Below are positions 23,843 through 37,967 of a stretch of DNA of 64,000 nt, piece after piece. The notes under the pieces were generated by a model. It was not told the origin of the DNA, made no database searches, and saw nothing but the letters and a program-made list of their open reading frames with translations. Source of the DNA: Peribolospora baueri (taxonomy: Eukaryota); NCBI GenBank assembly GCA_029717555.1, contig JAMDHS010000059.1:62001-126000 (forward strand), read 5' to 3'. How positions within the stretch are numbered: position 1 is the stretch's first letter; each line of letters opens with the position of its first letter. The translations under genes and the position numbers were made by a program.

Positions 23843-26800
23843 ATGGCAACTGCATCGGTGAGCACCTTCTCCTCCCACGAACTGGCGCACTAACCACCCC
23901 CGCGCGCGCATGCTCTGACCTCGCCGAATCCATCGCCTCCTCCAGCACAAGTCCAGCCACTACGCCCAGGTCCTCCGCGACGCCCGTCTCTCCGGCTCCT
24001 GGACTACACCCGGTCCTCCCGGCGCCAAGGACGCCGCGGGCAGCGTCGAGCTAAGCTGGAGCGAGGTGTTCAGGAAGTGGGCCAAGTACCGTCCAGATGA
24101 GAAGAGTGCGTAGTTTCCCTTCCGCTTTCGCTTAGGCCGACCAGATCGAATCGGCGGGGAGGTCTGGACAGGGAGTGTGGACCGACTGACCCATCGTCTC
24201 GTTCGTCCTCCGTTTCCTCCTTTCACGCTCTTCTACTTCTTTTTTCCCACCCCGTAGACCTCACCGATCTCCTCCACGCAGAGTACGCCCTCCGCTCGTC
24301 CCTCCCCCCTCTTCTCACTCTCTTAGGCTACGGCGACCGCGCGCACATCAACGACTCCGCACGTGGCCGCGTCGCCTTACCCCCCATCGTCCCCAGCCCT
24401 GACAACGATTTTGCCGTCCCTGCAGAGCTGGGCCGCATCACAGGCGGCGGGGATGCGGGTGGAGATACTACCGAGCAAGGCGAGACCGCCGGCGTGGACA
24501 AGGGGGAGATCAGGCGGCTCGCGGAAGCGGTCGAGAAGGCGAGGGTAGATCTCGAAGCCCTTTCCGTCAGAGTCGGCGCAGACGTCCGCGCCGGCTGGCA
24601 ACAGGTGAGCGCAGTCTTTGATTCGATTCTCTTGTACTCGCTCATCTCACCAACCCTCCCTTCGTCCTTCGTCTCCCGCCATCGATGGCAGCAAATCTCG
24701 GTCCTCCTCTCCCTAGCCTTCTTTGCCCAGGGTCGGGACCGACAGGCGATCGACGTGCTCTCCATGGCCGGTTACGATCTGCAGTCTTCGGAGCCTGTCC
24801 GCAACCAGGCCCGGGAGGGCCGTCGGAAGGAGGAGGGAAGAGTAGAGGTGGAGGAGGCGGGCAGGGTGATGGGGTGGACGGTTTTAGGTGTGTGTTCGAC
24901 GCTTGCGCTATGCTGTTCTGGTTGGCTGGCGAGCCGGGGCGTTCACCATTTGTTCTCTTTCCTTCGTCTTCATCTCAGGAATGGCCCATGAGCGCCTGAC
25001 GCCCCTCGGCAACGCCTCGTCCGCAGGCGCCTCTCTGGCACCCCGCCACCCGGCGCTGCTAGCGTACTCCAACGCCGTCGCACTCTCCTCTGCCCTCTAC
25101 GCGCGCACCGGTAAAACGCCTACTCTCTCTACTTCCGCCGACAAGTCCGATCCCGTCGGCCCTGCACCGCCAAAGGCGTCTGGCGCTCAGGCGGTGAGGG
25201 CGGGCGAGTTGGAGGCTTGGACGGAGCTGGCTCTTTACAGGAGGGCTTTAGGCGGTCTCAAGCTCGGGTAAGTTTGGCTTGACGCCTTGCCATCCAGGCC
25301 TGCCCGGTCCTTCTCGCTTGTCTACCCATCCACATGACCTGTTCTCTGATGCTCACACTAATCTACTCATTGACACCCGGCATCGTCACTTTGCAGATCC
25401 AGGAAGGACGCTGTCGCTCTTTTGCGAGAGTATATCGCTCACGCGAGTGCGCGCTTGCCTCCTGGTTTCCGCCCCTCCCAGCGATGCGTCATCCTACGCA
25501 CTTTCGTCCGCGTCCTGTGCGACGTCGCCGAGCGGGGCCAGTACGAGCCTCCCGACGCGGCGGCCGCGACGGCGCCCCTTGCTTCGAGAACGGACGGCGT
25601 CACGGCCGGTGCGGCGATCGGTTTGCAGGTGACCCCACCGACGCCCACGAACACACAACAAGCGAGAGCGCGGAGCATGTCTGATCCCCCGCACCCGCAC
25701 CCTTCCATCTCCAATGCCCTCTCCCCCGACATGGCCCAGTCAACGCCGTTCCCCTCGTCCGAGTCGCCTCCTTCCTCCAGCCCGCTCCATCCCCGGTCCC
25801 ACGTTCCTCTTCCGCCGGCAGCGTGGTACGCGGAGGTATGCCAAGCGCGCGTCGCGTGGGAGGCGCTCGTGCACACCCTCACGCCCTTCCCGCGCGCCGG
25901 TCGGGTCAACCGCGAGGCTCTCCGGCTAGTCGAGGGGAGGATGCGAGAGTGGGAGGTGGGCGGCGAGAGCCCTTCTTCGGCGCCTGACGCCATCGCCCTC
26001 CTCCAAAGGGCCGAGCGGCTCACGTTCCAGTCTCACCGCGTGCAGCGCTACTTGACCGTCTTGTTCACCTCCGCGGGCGAATATGCCGAGGCGAGGCGGG
26101 CGATGGGGCTGTACGTGCAGATGGTGGACAAGGCGCGCGAGACGGGGGTGGAGGAGGTGGCGCGGGCGGTTAGGGAGGGCGAGGGGCGCGAGGATGTGAA
26201 CAAGATCGCCATCACCATCGTCGATGGGCCTGGCGAAGCGGGCCAGAGCATCCCGGCGCCCGGGCTCATCGTCGACGACCGGAGCGGGGACGTCGGAGCG
26301 GACACGGACCCGAACGAGCAATATGTCCCCGCGCTCCTCTTCGGCGCGAGGCTCATGGTGAAGTACGTCGGTGACGCCGACGAGGGCGAGAGCCTCGTGG
26401 CCAAGGCAGCCGTCATCGTCGATTCGGCTGGGGACGAGGGCGTGGGCGCGGACAAGACGCTCGTCGCTAGAGTCCGCAGGATGCAAGGCGTCGTCGCCAC
26501 CGCCAAGGCTAGGTCGGGTGAGTTGCGAGCCTGATCTGCCTTTGCGCTCGTCGCTGACTCTCTACCTTCCGATTTCTGCCTCCCCGAACCTACCAACATT
26601 GTTAGAGAACGACCCCACGGCCCGGCAGCGTCTACACGATTCGGCTGTTTCGTACCTTCAAGAATCCACCCAGCTCGACCCGCACGCCGCTGAAACGCAC
26701 TACCATCTCGCCCACCTCCTCTCTTCTATGCACGACCTTCCGGCCGCGCTCAAGTCGGTGCGCAAAGCGCTCGAGCTGCGGCCGCTCGACCTGCACGCCT

Positions 26801-28757
26801 GGCACCTTTTGACGCTCCTGCTCACCGCTCAGAAGGATTACAAGGGTGCGCGGGACGTCGCGGACGTGGCGTTGGATGACGCCCCGGTGTTCGAATCGGG
26901 TCTGGATGCGCCCATCGCGAAGGAGGATGTACAGAAGCCGCCCGGCGCTGGCGCCGTCGTCGCCAACGGCGGCACGCCGCCACCGGGAACGGGACTAACG
27001 ACGCCGGCAGTGAACGCGCATCAGATGTGCTCCATCGACTACCCCGCTCGTCCCGAGGAGCGTCGGGAGGCGGTGTGCCGGCTGATGATGTTGCGCGCGA
27101 CGCTCACCGAGGTCCTCGAGGGCCCCGATGCCGCCGTCACCGAGCAGAAGGAGGTGTTCCAGTACTATCATGAGAAGATTGCTGGCGCGCCTGATAAGAA
27201 AGTGCCGCAGAGGCCAGCAGCCGGTGAGTCTTTTAAAGGAAAACTTAGTCGAATTGCGATCGATATCGATTGATGCTGTACGTGTGCCGTCGTCTCCTTC
27301 AGCGGCTGCGCCCCCGCCCGTGCCGGCTTATCGTCGGACGCTCTCTCTCACCCGTCGAATCTCGGGGGACGCGGTGTCCCTTCCCGGCTTGCAAAGAAGC
27401 GGCACCCCCGACTCGTCGCCGACCGCTCGACAGCAGCAGCAGCAGCAGCCGCCGTCGCTGGTCGTCGAAGGACCGCCGTCGTCGGGAGGCTCGCAGAGGA
27501 ACAAGACCCTGGGCACGTCCATCGGATCGCATCTCTCGCTCAACAGGGGCCACTCCGGGGGAAGGAAGAGCGCCAAGGAAAGGCTGGGATCCTTCCGGGC
27601 GCCTTCGGTCGGTGAGTGTTCGCTGTACGGCGTAGGTGGGGTGGCGGCCAGGCCAGGCATGCGGTGCTTACTCGCTTCGATTCCTTTTTCTTTCGTCGAC
27701 GTGCCGTTCAGGTCGACACATGCTCGAGCGTTCCGCGTCCATCGCGTCCAACGCATCGTCGATCCAGTCTCGAAAGCCTCGCAAGCCATTGCGGCGCGCC
27801 TCGGCACCCGTGCCGCCCCCGACGCCTCCCGTTCCCGTCATCCGCACGCTCACCCACCTCGGCCCGCTCTCCTCCGCGGGAGAGGCACCGGAGTTGAGCC
27901 GGCGGGACAGGCGAGAGAGGAGGTTGCTCGTCGAGCTTTGGCTCATGAGCGCGGCCACCTTTCGGAGGGCTGGGAAGATGGACGAGTGCAAGGCGGCGGT
28001 GCAAGAGGCTGAGCGCGTCGATCCGGAGGACGCGGACGTCTGGGTGCAGGTAAGCGGTACCCTCACGGTATGCTTACCACCGCGCGCGTGGGCTTACATT
28101 GGTCCGTCTCTATCGCTCTCTCGTCAGCTCGCTCTGTATCACGCCGCCTTGGGTGACACGTCGACGGCGATGACGTCGCTTTACAAGGCTCTTGCTCTCT
28201 CTTCGGAGCACGTCGCCGCGACGGTGCACCTGGCGCGGCTGTGTCTGACGTCGCCTTCGATTCCCTCCACGCTCTCCGTTCCCGCCGCTCTGAGCAAGGT
28301 GGTGGGGAGCCCGACGAGCCCTGCGAAGGAACTGATGGTGCTGCCGAGGGTGCCGGCGTCGTCCGAGTCCGAGTTGGTTGTTGTGACGCGGGACGATGGT
28401 GGTGGTGGGGTGGACGGCGGCCACCTGGGCCCCGGGTCTGAGTCGGCGCCGGCGGCGGACCATTTGAGGTCCAAGTCAGCAGCACCAACGCCGGCGCCGG
28501 CGTCGACGACGGCGGCGCAGCGGATCACGGTGGAGCAGCACAAAGCCATCTCGGCGCTATCGATCGCCGAGGGCCTGCTCAACTCGCTCACCGCCGGTCC
28601 CGAGGGACAGGGATGCCCGGATGCGTGGTACTGGTTGGCAAAGGTGCACGAGCGCACGGAGCGTAAGGGGAGGGCTAGGGAGTGTCTTAAGTATGCGCTC
28701 CGGCTTGAGGAGGTGAGGCCTATTCGTGCCTGGGAGGAGGCGGAGCCTTGCCTCTGA
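23843..28757 (+). CDS. YPP1: Ypp1/TTC7-like TPR scaffold of the PI 4-kinase (Stt4) complex, multi-exon
   Basis: TPR segments (HYHLAHLLSSMHDLPAALKSVRKALEL, HAWHLLTLLLTAQKDY), LLVELWLMSAATFRRAGK...QEAE...DVWVQL and terminal DAWYWLAK...ARECLKYALRLEEVRPIR. Confidence 0.85.
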
Positions 28758-29433
28758 GCGGTAACGTCTACTGGAGAGACGAGATCTGCCGTGCCTCGCT
28801 CGAGTTGCTGTCGTGCTTTGGGAAGGAGACGCCGTCGGCGCTCGCTCGGCAGTCGCATGTTATCTATATAGCTCGAAAGGCGGGCGCGATGAAGCCCGTA
28901 CGATACATACCTACCTACCTGCCTCTTAGTTTATGGGAACGCAATCATATATCGAACGCTGCCACGCGAGGTGTTGGGTGCGAAGAGCGAGGAAAGGGCT
29001 GGAGGGGGAAGTGGACAAAGGCAAACGAGAGTCGGCGGTCAGGACGACTTCCTTCCTTGCTTCCTTGCTTCCTTGCTTCCTTCTTATCTCGATCGTCTCT
29101 CTCGTCCATCCGTCCACCTCCATTCGGCCACTGGCGGGTTTCTCCAGCTTGTCGACCGTCGAGCTGAGCCATCGCGGACGTTGGAGTCGCAGCTCACATG
29201 CTCTGTGACGGCGGCGTCGACTGTATATACGTGCATACAACCATCATCCATCTTTTAATCCTTCCTTCCTTCCAACGTCCCCATCTTCCTCCCCGCGCCT
29301 GCCTTGCCCTTCTCCGCCGCCGCAGCACGACAGCCGCCCAAGCCCGTCGTCCTCGCCGTCGCCATCGACCGCGGCTCGAGCGCTTCCCGACCACCAACAA
29401 CACCACCGCCGCCGTCTTCTTAGCTGTAGTTTG

Positions 29434-29535
29434 ACGACGACGACGACGACGACCAAGACGATAACGACGACGATAGCGACAGCGATAACAACACCAACAA
29501 CAACACCAACAACAACACCAACAGTGACGACGACC
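29434..29535. repeat. Compound (ACG)n/(ACA,ACC)n trinucleotide microsatellite, intergenic/5' UTR
   Basis: acgacgacgacgacgacgacc...acaacaccaacaacaacaccaacaacaacacc. Confidence 0.8.
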
Positions 29536-29943
29536 ACGGCCACCACCCGGCTCATCTCCCTCTCGCGCTCCCAGCCCGCGTCTAACTTCCACTACCACCC
29601 ATCTCCGAGCCCCTTCGTCGCCGTCGCCGCCACCGTCACATCCTTCCTTCCTCGCCTCTCTTCGTCACTCGATCCGATCGCCAGCTCGTTCCCGCCAACG
29701 CCAGCTGCTTCTACTTCCCCATCGCCCCCTCCACTCCCCGTACGATCGGCACCCCCCTGTATCCGGCCAAGGCCCATTGCTCGCCCTTGACACTGGAGTA
29801 CGCATATCGGGCCCTGACATAGATTCCACCCACCTCCGGCCACGGTCGCTCTCACCTCTCTTTTTTTTTTTTCTTTCTCGCCTTACGGCAAAGCTCCGGC
29901 TGAAAAAGGACAAGAAGAACAGAACCCTCTCCTCAGACCCGCT

Positions 29944-32805
29944 ATGATCTCCCCCGCACCTTCCAACGGCACACTTACCGCCCACAGCGGCCCTGGCGCC
30001 GCCGCCGCCGCGGCAGCGGCCGCGGCCGCGGCTGTCTCGAACGCAGGACAAGGCCAAGCGGCCGCGAACCAGGCCAACAACCTTCCTCCCTACCCGGCCA
30101 TCCACATGCACCCCCTCAACGACACCTTTGTGCCAAAGCAGATCAGCCTATACCCTCCTGGCCCACAGAACAAAGTTAAGATTGGCAGGCAGACGAACAC
30201 CAAGACGGTGCCTCAGCCGAATAACGGCTTCTTCGACTCCAAGGTGTTGAGTCGCATGCACGCCGAAGTGTGGAGCCAGGACGGCAAGGTGAGCGTCCGA
30301 TTTGGTTCTCGTCGTCGCCGTCCACAGTGGATAACTTCGGCCACTTTCCAGGTCTACATCAAAGACGTCAAGTCCTCCAACGGCACTTTCATCAACGGAG
30401 AGCGTCTTTCGCCAGAAGCGCAGGAGAGCGACGTCTTCGAGCTCCACTCGGAGGACATCGTCGTGAGTGTTGAGGGCTTCGCTAACCTCGCGGCGGCGCC
30501 GAGAGCTCTCCTCACGATCGCCGTCCTGGCCTCTCTATCGTCTCAGGAATTCGGCATCGACATCGTCGGTGACGACAACAAAACCATCATCCATCACAAA
30601 GTGGCCACCAAGATCTACCTCGTGATGAACGCCGAGGACGCGCTGGGGATGCGCAAGTGAGTCGCCGCTCGTCCATCTAGTCCTCCTCCGCCGATATTAA
30701 GATGTTTACAGTTCCTTCTGATTCATCTGCTTTTTTTCTTCCCGCTACAGCGACTTTGCCTCTCTCTACCGTCAAGGCGGCGCTCATCAGGCGCTCGGAG
30801 GCATCGGCCCCGGGGGCGAAAGCGGGATGAGGAGAGCGGGAAAGGGCGGTTTGAATTTCGATCACATCCTCAGCCGGCTGCAGGTACGTCTCTCCGGGTT
30901 CAGGTCGAAATCTATTGCCTCCCATCGTCCGTCCGCTCACTCGAGCGTCCTCCAAATGCGCCTTCTCGTCGCCTTTCAGAACGAACTGCAAAAGTCGAAA
31001 GAGGCGCGATCGGATCTCGACTCGATGGCATCGACGATGTCGGACATCCACGAGACTCTCGGTGGCGGTCTCCCCCCTCCACCTGGGCCCGTTCCTCCAT
31101 ATCAGCACCTTGTCCCTCCTCCGGCCATCTCGCGAGACAGTTCGGAAGCAAAGGACTCGGACGCGGCTGCCGTGGCAGCGCAGCAGATGTCTGCGCTCCA
31201 GACCCAGCTCGCAGAGACGCAGGCGTCGCTGGCGACGCACGTCGACAAGATCCGCAGCCTTGAGGGCATGCTTGCCGAGCATGAGCATATCAAGGTTGAG
31301 GTGGGTCTCATTAAAAGCCAGATGGAGGACGCGAAACGGGAGATGGACGAGCTGGTCGCTTCTAGGAGGCGGCGCGGCTCGCGCGGCGGGCTCGGGCTCG
31401 GGCTCGCGAACGGCAAGGTGGGCAAGGCGAATGGCGTCGGCGGGGAGGGCGAAGAGGACGACTGGGACGACGGGGCGAGCGTAGCTTCTACTTCCACCAT
31501 CACACCCGGCGCGGCCGATTCCGATGACGAGGAAGCTCGAGAGCCAGACGCGTCTCCCGACGAGCCGCCCGGGCTGAGGAACTCGGCGGTGGCGGCGGAG
31601 ACGGCGGCGCCGATGGCGGCTATGGCGACGACGACGGATGGCGAGACGCTTCCCTCTACGGATGCGGCAGAGGCGTCGGCGTCCAAAGGGATCGTCAGCA
31701 GGCGAACCGAGGAAGAGCTGCAGGCGCAGAACGCGGCGCTGTCGACTCGGCTCGAGGCGCTATCTACCAACTTGGACGAAGCGCTGTCGCTGTCCCGGAG
31801 CCTACAGACTCAGCACGCCGAAGCGAGCAAGACAGTGAAGATGCTCCAGGATCGTGTGGTGGTGCTCGAGCGCGAGGTGGAGGACAAGGTGAAATCGGCG
31901 GAGGGGAACGCGATTCGGGAGATTGAGGGCCGGTGGGAGCATTGGAGGACGCGCCTCGAGGAGGGGTGGAGGAGGGAGAGGGAGAGCTGGGAAGAGGAGC
32001 GCGAAAAGCTCCGTAAGGTCGTCGCCGCGTGGGATGAGGCGAACCGGCGGCTCGAGCAAGACCGGTGTGCCGCCCTTTCCTCTTCACAGTCTGTCTCTTC
32101 GGCTGAGGCTGAGGCGTCCGACGGAGGCGACGACGCCGACGCCGTCGTTGGAGGCGGATCATCGTCCAACGCTCGATCTGCCGGCGGTGGCGCCAGGAAG
32201 AAGGGCAGCAAAAAGGCCCGAGCGGCCCGGCGCGGCAAGCGGCAACTGAACCCGGCGCTGCGAGCGCTGCTTTACCAGCCCGAGGATGATGGGGTGCTTG
32301 AGTCGAGCAGCGAGGGAGAGGAGGAGGAGGATCGTCGAGTCGGTGAGGGGAAGGCGTCGTCGGCGCAAGGCAACGGACGTTCGGAGATCACCGCCGCTGG
32401 AGCGGCCAGCCCGACGGGAAAGGGAAACGCCAAAGGTCGACCGGGATCGGTGACCACTGATGGCACGACGGGATCTCCGTCGTCGTCGGCCGTCGGTCAA
32501 ATGCCCAGGGAAGGCCAGAAAGGGGCCGCGGGGGCGATGGAAGGGACGGAGGGCGTGGAAGAGACGCGATGGACGGGCGCGCCGGGGGAATATCGTTTCA
32601 AGGACAGCGTAAGCAAGCTTTTCTTTCTTTCTTTTCGAGGCTCGTTTTAGGCGATGCGTCGGACCTTTGACTAACTGAATGATTTCATTTACGCACCTTC
32701 ATTAACGCACCTTAGGCCGCAACGCTTCCCGTCCTCTCCGCCGCTGGAGCTGTCGTCCTAGGGGTGGTGGCTTGGTCGATGATGAGCAAGATCGACAAAT
32801 CTTAG
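29944..32805 (+). CDS. VPS64: FHA-domain, coiled-coil, tail-anchored protein (Vps64/Far9/Far10, SLMAP-like STRIPAK subunit)
   Basis: FHA: VKIGRQTN...NGFFDSKVLSRMHAEVW...YIKDVKSSNGTFINGERLS...FGIDI. Long coiled coils; last exon AATLPVLSAAGAVVLGVVAWSMMSKIDKS*. Confidence 0.88.
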
Positions 32806-34203
32806 TTTAGTTGATACCGGTCCCGCCCGCCCGTCAAAGTCGCGCGGCGCCGTCTGTATGCGGAGACGCGTCTTCTCGGCTCTCCGCATCAAGTCAGCTG
32901 TCTCGCCCCATCCACCGTCCACGCGGCCCTTTCTTATCACCTCCATCTCGTTTGTCCGGCGCGAGCCGACCACCGCAAAAAATCCCACCCGAGGAGCCTT
33001 CTTCTCACGGTGTGACCCCTTCCCCCCCCCTGCAGCCAATTCGAGCCTGAATAGAACGACGAACCGGCTGAACGAGGGAGCGTCCGCTCTTCGACCCTGG
33101 ATCTTGCCCTTTCTTTTGCTTCCTTCCTCCTTTGCGCATCCTCTGTCTGGACGTCTCGCGAGCTCCGTCGTCGTCGTCGTCGTCGTCTCTCTCCGCCTGC
33201 TTCGCTCTCGCTCCAGCCATCTTTCTTGATCCTCTCCTGGCTTGTCCTGTCGTCCTTCGGTGGCGCCTGCTCCTTCCCTCCCTTCCTTCCTTCCTCGACC
33301 CGTCTCTCTCTCCCGGTTCTGTGTGTGGACATGACTCGACCCGTCGGTCATCTTGTACTCTCCCTCCTTCCTTCCTATCTCCCTCGCCCTCTCCCTCTCC
33401 CTGTCCCCCAATCCGTTTCATCCCTCTCGTCCATCCCTCCTCACATCGCACCTTCCCTTTTTTCTCTCTTTCTCTCTCTCTACGCCTACGTCTGTGAGCT
33501 CTGTCTACCCGATCATCGTTTTTGTCCGTCTCCCTTCCCGCTCTATGCATTTTAACGACCATCAAAGCCGATTCGACTCGACCGATTGGTTGACGCGAGC
33601 GCGAACGTACGTGCGTGCGTGAGCTCCACCGAACCGAACCGGACCAAGACGGCGACGAAACGAAACGATGAGACGAACCGGTCCAACGAGCCGTGTCAAT
33701 TTTTTCTTTTTTTTCCTTTCTCATTCTGGTCTGAAAGAAGGAAGGAGAGGAAGGCGGCACGGCCCGGCATGGACCGAATTGAGATGGAAGGGGACGTGAC
33801 GTGCCGTGACAGGATAGGACAGGATAAGATAGGGGTAGAATGGGGCACAGGGGAATTTGTCGGCCCGGAGCGAATACGAAACAAGATGAGATCGAGAAAG
33901 GAGCTGAGGAGAGGGGATCGGAGATGGGAAGCGAAAGAAAACGAAAAAGATAGAGAGGGGGGAGTCCCGAGGGCGCTGATGGGGGAGAGGGGACGGATAG
34001 GATAGGATAGGGATCAAGAGCAGCGAGGGCGAGGGCAGAGAAGAGCGAGACGACGTAGCTGAAAAGTGCAGCACCGAATCCGAAACGAACCGAATCCGAC
34101 GGAGCAGCGAGCAAAAGAGGAGGGGCAGTCTATGCCTCCCGTATTCCTTCCACCACCGCCTTTTTCCTCTTCCTCTTCCTCCTTCTCCTCATCATCATGA
34201 GCG

Positions 34204-34250
34204 CATCCCATTCCATCCATCCATCATCCATCATCCATCATCCATCATCC
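34204..34250. repeat. (CATC)/(CATCCAT) microsatellite in 3' UTR
   Basis: catcccattccatccatccatcatccatcatccatcatccatcatcc. Confidence 0.75.
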
Positions 34251-34380
34251 TTCCCCCTTCCTCCCATCTTCTTTCCCTTCCCTCTCTCTCTCCCCGACCA
34301 TCTCCCACCGCCCTCCATCCATCCTCCCCGCGCCGCCGACCCACCGACGGCATGACGCTCACGACACACAGCCTCAAACG

Positions 34381-35348
34381 TCAATGCTGACCCTCCCCCT
34401 CGCCATGAGCATGAGTATGGCTGCCCTCGGAGAGGTGTAAGCCTTGCTTGATGTTCTCTACAAGGTTCTTGACGCCATGCCCATGCCCATGCCCATGCGC
34501 GTGCCCGTGCCCGTGATCGTGCCCGTCCGACGACGCCTGGCTGCCCTCCTCGTCCAGCTGGCTCAGGCCCTGGTTGGTCGCCAACGGCGATCCCGTCGCA
34601 GCCAGTTGGGCCGTTTCGGAGCCGCGGGCAGAGTCGGTGGTGGCGACAGCCGTCGCGGTCGTGGCCGGCGCGACGCCGTTGGAGATGGGGTGCGTGCGCG
34701 TCGTGGAGGGTTCGCGGGAACGTGAGGTGGAGGAGCGGAAGATCTGAAGAGGCGGAAAAGAGAGAGAGAGAGAGGGTGAAAAAGTGAGGACGAGATGAGA
34801 AGGTTGGACGATAGAAAATAAAACGGCGCAGGACTGACCCCCGGCACGGGCACGTGTGGGCCCTTATGGCCAGATCGGCCCCTGGCCTCGTCGCCGATGA
34901 TGTTGCCCGCTCCGCCGCGCCCGCTCGAGTGTACGGCGGCGCCTTGCTTGAGCTTCTCCTCCTCCTCGCGAAGGTGGCGGTCGCGCACCTCCTTGTCGTG
35001 CAAGTCCAGCTCCTCGATCTTGCGTCGCTCCTCAGGGTGGCGCGACGGCGAGCGCACGTTACCAGCACCACCGCGGCCGGAGTGGGTGACCGCTTCGGCC
35101 GCGTGGGCCTCGCGAGCGCGGGAGGTGGAGCGCTCCTCGGCCGGGCGGGAAGTGGAGCGGATGATCTAGGGTGAAGAGGGACGGACGGATGGATGGAAGG
35201 ATGAATGAAAGAGATGCCTAGAGGCCAGCACCGAGCAAACGGCTTGGATGGTATGGACACTCACGTTTCCAGCGCCGCCTCTGCCAGTGCTCACGACCTG
35301 CCTTCCCCTTTCTCTGGAACCCGAGGCGGAGCGATCTACGGAGGCCAT
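34381..35348 (-). CDS. DUF3602-like protein with three (S/T)GRGGAGN repeats and His-Gly-rich tail
   Basis: MASVDRSASGSRERGRQVVSTGRGGAGN|IIRS...HSGRGGAGNVRSPSR...SSGRGGAGNI...GHDHGHGHAHGHGHGHG; 2 GT-AG introns. Confidence 0.8.
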
Positions 35349-35939
35349 GGCGGGAGTGAGAGTGGAGATATGATTTCGGAGAGGGCGAGCGAGTAGCGGG
35401 GGGCAGTTGTTGTGTGGGGGACGAGGCGAGTGGGAGGGAGGTGACGGAAATGATAAGTGCGAGATGGGTCGATCGGGAGAGTGATCGGTGGGTGGGAAGA
35501 GGAGGAGAGGCGAGTCAGTCAGTAAGTCGTCCCTCGGTCCGTCAGAGATAGACGGCGAGGAGGAGAGAGAAGAGAAGAGGAAAGATGCGGAGACGAGACG
35601 AGACGGGACGAGATGATGACCGGAGATGAGAGAAAAAGAGAACGAGATAAGGGCGAGCGGAACGACCACGACTCGACTCGACTCGACTGCGGCCGATAAG
35701 ACGAATCGAGACCGGGGCGCGAGTCGGACAGCGAGCGGGCTGCGAAGGTAGGAGGAAGCGTGGAGAAGGAAAGGAAGAGAGCGGCGATTGCGACCGAGAA
35801 GGAAGAAAAGAAAGAAGGAACAAGAAAGGGACGAAAGAACAAAGCCAAGCCTGCCGGCCCTGACGCAGTGGGCGACGCCACGGCGCCGCAACCGACCAAA
35901 CGGAGCGACGGACGACCGTCGACGCTTGTTTCCTTATCT

Positions 35940-36650
35940 CTCGCCCTCGCTCCGTGCTCGAGGCACGGCGACGGGGGTAGATAAGGCTATACGGAGGGAA
36001 GCGAGCGAAGAGATGGTCTACGAACGAACCATACTCTGGACCACCATCACCGTCCCCGTCCTCCCCGCCGTCGACCAGATCGATGAGGAGAAACACCGTA
36101 GCGTCTCCCAAAGACTCTATGTATGATTGTATCTGCGCAATCCACGGCACTCACCCTCGTCTCCGCGACGGCCCTCCTCCGGCCCCGGCCCGCTCCTCGT
36201 TCTGCTCAAGGCCCTGCCTAGCCCGCCGCCGAAGAAGGAGGACCCGGCGGGGGCGCGACCCCTCTCGTCCGCTCCGCCCTCTCCCGCTTCCGCCACACCG
36301 GAGGCACGGCCGCGGGCGGGGGAGGATCGTTCGAGACTGGCTCGCGCCGCCGCTGCCGCTCCTGCTGCTCCTGCTCCTGCTGCTCCCCCTCCCCCTCCTC
36401 CACCGCCACTCGCACCACTTGCACCGACAGCCCCACCGCCGCCGCCGGCTCGCTTGCTAAAACCGCTGACGATGCCTGTGCTGAGACGGCGAATGAATCC
36501 GCCTGCGCCCTGGTTCTGGTTCTGGCTCTGATGTTGGGTGTTGGGCGGCTGGCCGTGGCCAAGGTTTGTTTGTGTTTGTGTTTGCGATGGGGCTGAGAGA
36601 TCGGTGGCCGAGACCATTGTCGCGGTGGGGCTCGCTTCGGCCGTGCTCAT
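35940..36650 (-). CDS. Hypothetical Gln/Gly/Ala-rich protein (3' structure uncertain)
   Basis: ORF from ATG 36650 (MSTAEASPT...GGFIRRLST...GGGGGGGGAAGAGAAG) with a GTGAGT donor at ~36154 and a possible short last exon ALSTPVAVPRARSEGER*. Confidence 0.4.
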
Positions 36651-37967
36651 TTGGCCTCTCTCTCGTCCGTCGCTGGGCCTGGGCTCCGGTCGGGCCGGAT
36701 TGGTTCGTGGACCTGTCGGGTGAGCGGCTCGGCTGGGTAGGTATTCTTGCTTGCTGGAGGCGGGGTGTAAGGAAGGGAGGCGACGGCGATGGTCGTTCGA
36801 ACGCTCGGAGACGGGTCCGCGAGGGCTGATCGGTCGTCGTGAGGTGGATGGCTGGTGGCCGCCGAGGGAGGGGAAGGTGGGCGGGGAGGGAGTGGGTAGA
36901 CGGAGGGAGGCAGGAGGATGTGTGTGGTGATGGCGGATGGGGGATGTCGGATGGCGGAAGATGGATGGTGGATGGAAGGAAGGATGGATGTTGGCGGTCA
37001 AGACAGCACGCAAACCGGTCGACCCATCGCGAGCGCGGCTGGACAACCAGACGAGACCAGCTGACCGCCGCTGTCTTTTCCTATTTCTCCTCAGTACATT
37101 CATACAATACACCAAGCAAGCCCCGTTCGGTGTCTAAGCACGAGCATGGACGACCTTCATCCTTCCTTCGCCGTCGCCGTCGTCGTCCCCGCATCCACCA
37201 TATCCATCCATCCCCGCCCAACGAAAACGAACCCCTAACCTCCTCCGCTTCCGCCTCCTCCTCCTCCCTCTGCCCTCCTTCCTCGCAGCCCGCCCATCCG
37301 CTTCCTCCTCCCTCCTTCTTCCTTCCCCCTTCCCCGATCCAACGCGCCCGGCGAAAAAAAAAAAAAAAGGACCGGAAGAGAATTTCGGCCCGTCCGTCTC
37401 GTATAAGGAAGGACGAGCCCTACCCGCCGTCTCCTCCCTTTTCTCTTCCCTACCCCCCGGCTCCGTGCCCACCCGCATGCACGTGGGAGGACGCCGCCGG
37501 TGGTGGGCGAAGCGAAGGAGGAAACCGGCCATGACAGCGGCGTTGTGCACGACGGTCGCAATACATGGGTAGCTAGATAACTGGCTAGGTAGGTACATAC
37601 TACGTCTCTGGACCCGGCTTGGGCCTTGGCGCGACCACGACGCCGGTGCGGGGGAGAGAGACGGCAAACACAATGAATGCCTCCTGGTGGTCACGTGGTG
37701 GCAGTGGAGCGGTAGACAGACAGACAGGCCTGTGCGCTCGCTCGCTCGGCATGTCCCAGCCGTCTCACCGTCTTTTGTTCATAAGCTATCGAACGAGTTG
37801 CGGAAGACGCTCATCCTCCTACACGTGCCGTAGCGCCTCTCTTTCCCTCTGCCACACCAGTCCATGGCTCCTTGCGCGTTGGCGTGACGGTTTCATGAGG
37901 GACGTGTTCGATGAGGACCTCGTGCAGACGAACGAGCCCTCCCCGTCGCCCGTCGCTCTTACACTAA

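Noticed and set aside
6169..28757. Possible lipid-signalling cluster (SEC14, LCB2, YPP1)
   Set aside because: Interspersed with unrelated genes and no shared motif seen; chance neighbourhood is sufficient.
32810..34380. 369-aa ORF (33005-34114) and a CT-rich then GA-rich mirror pattern
   Set aside because: Explained by two convergent pyrimidine-rich 3' UTRs; low-complexity translation.
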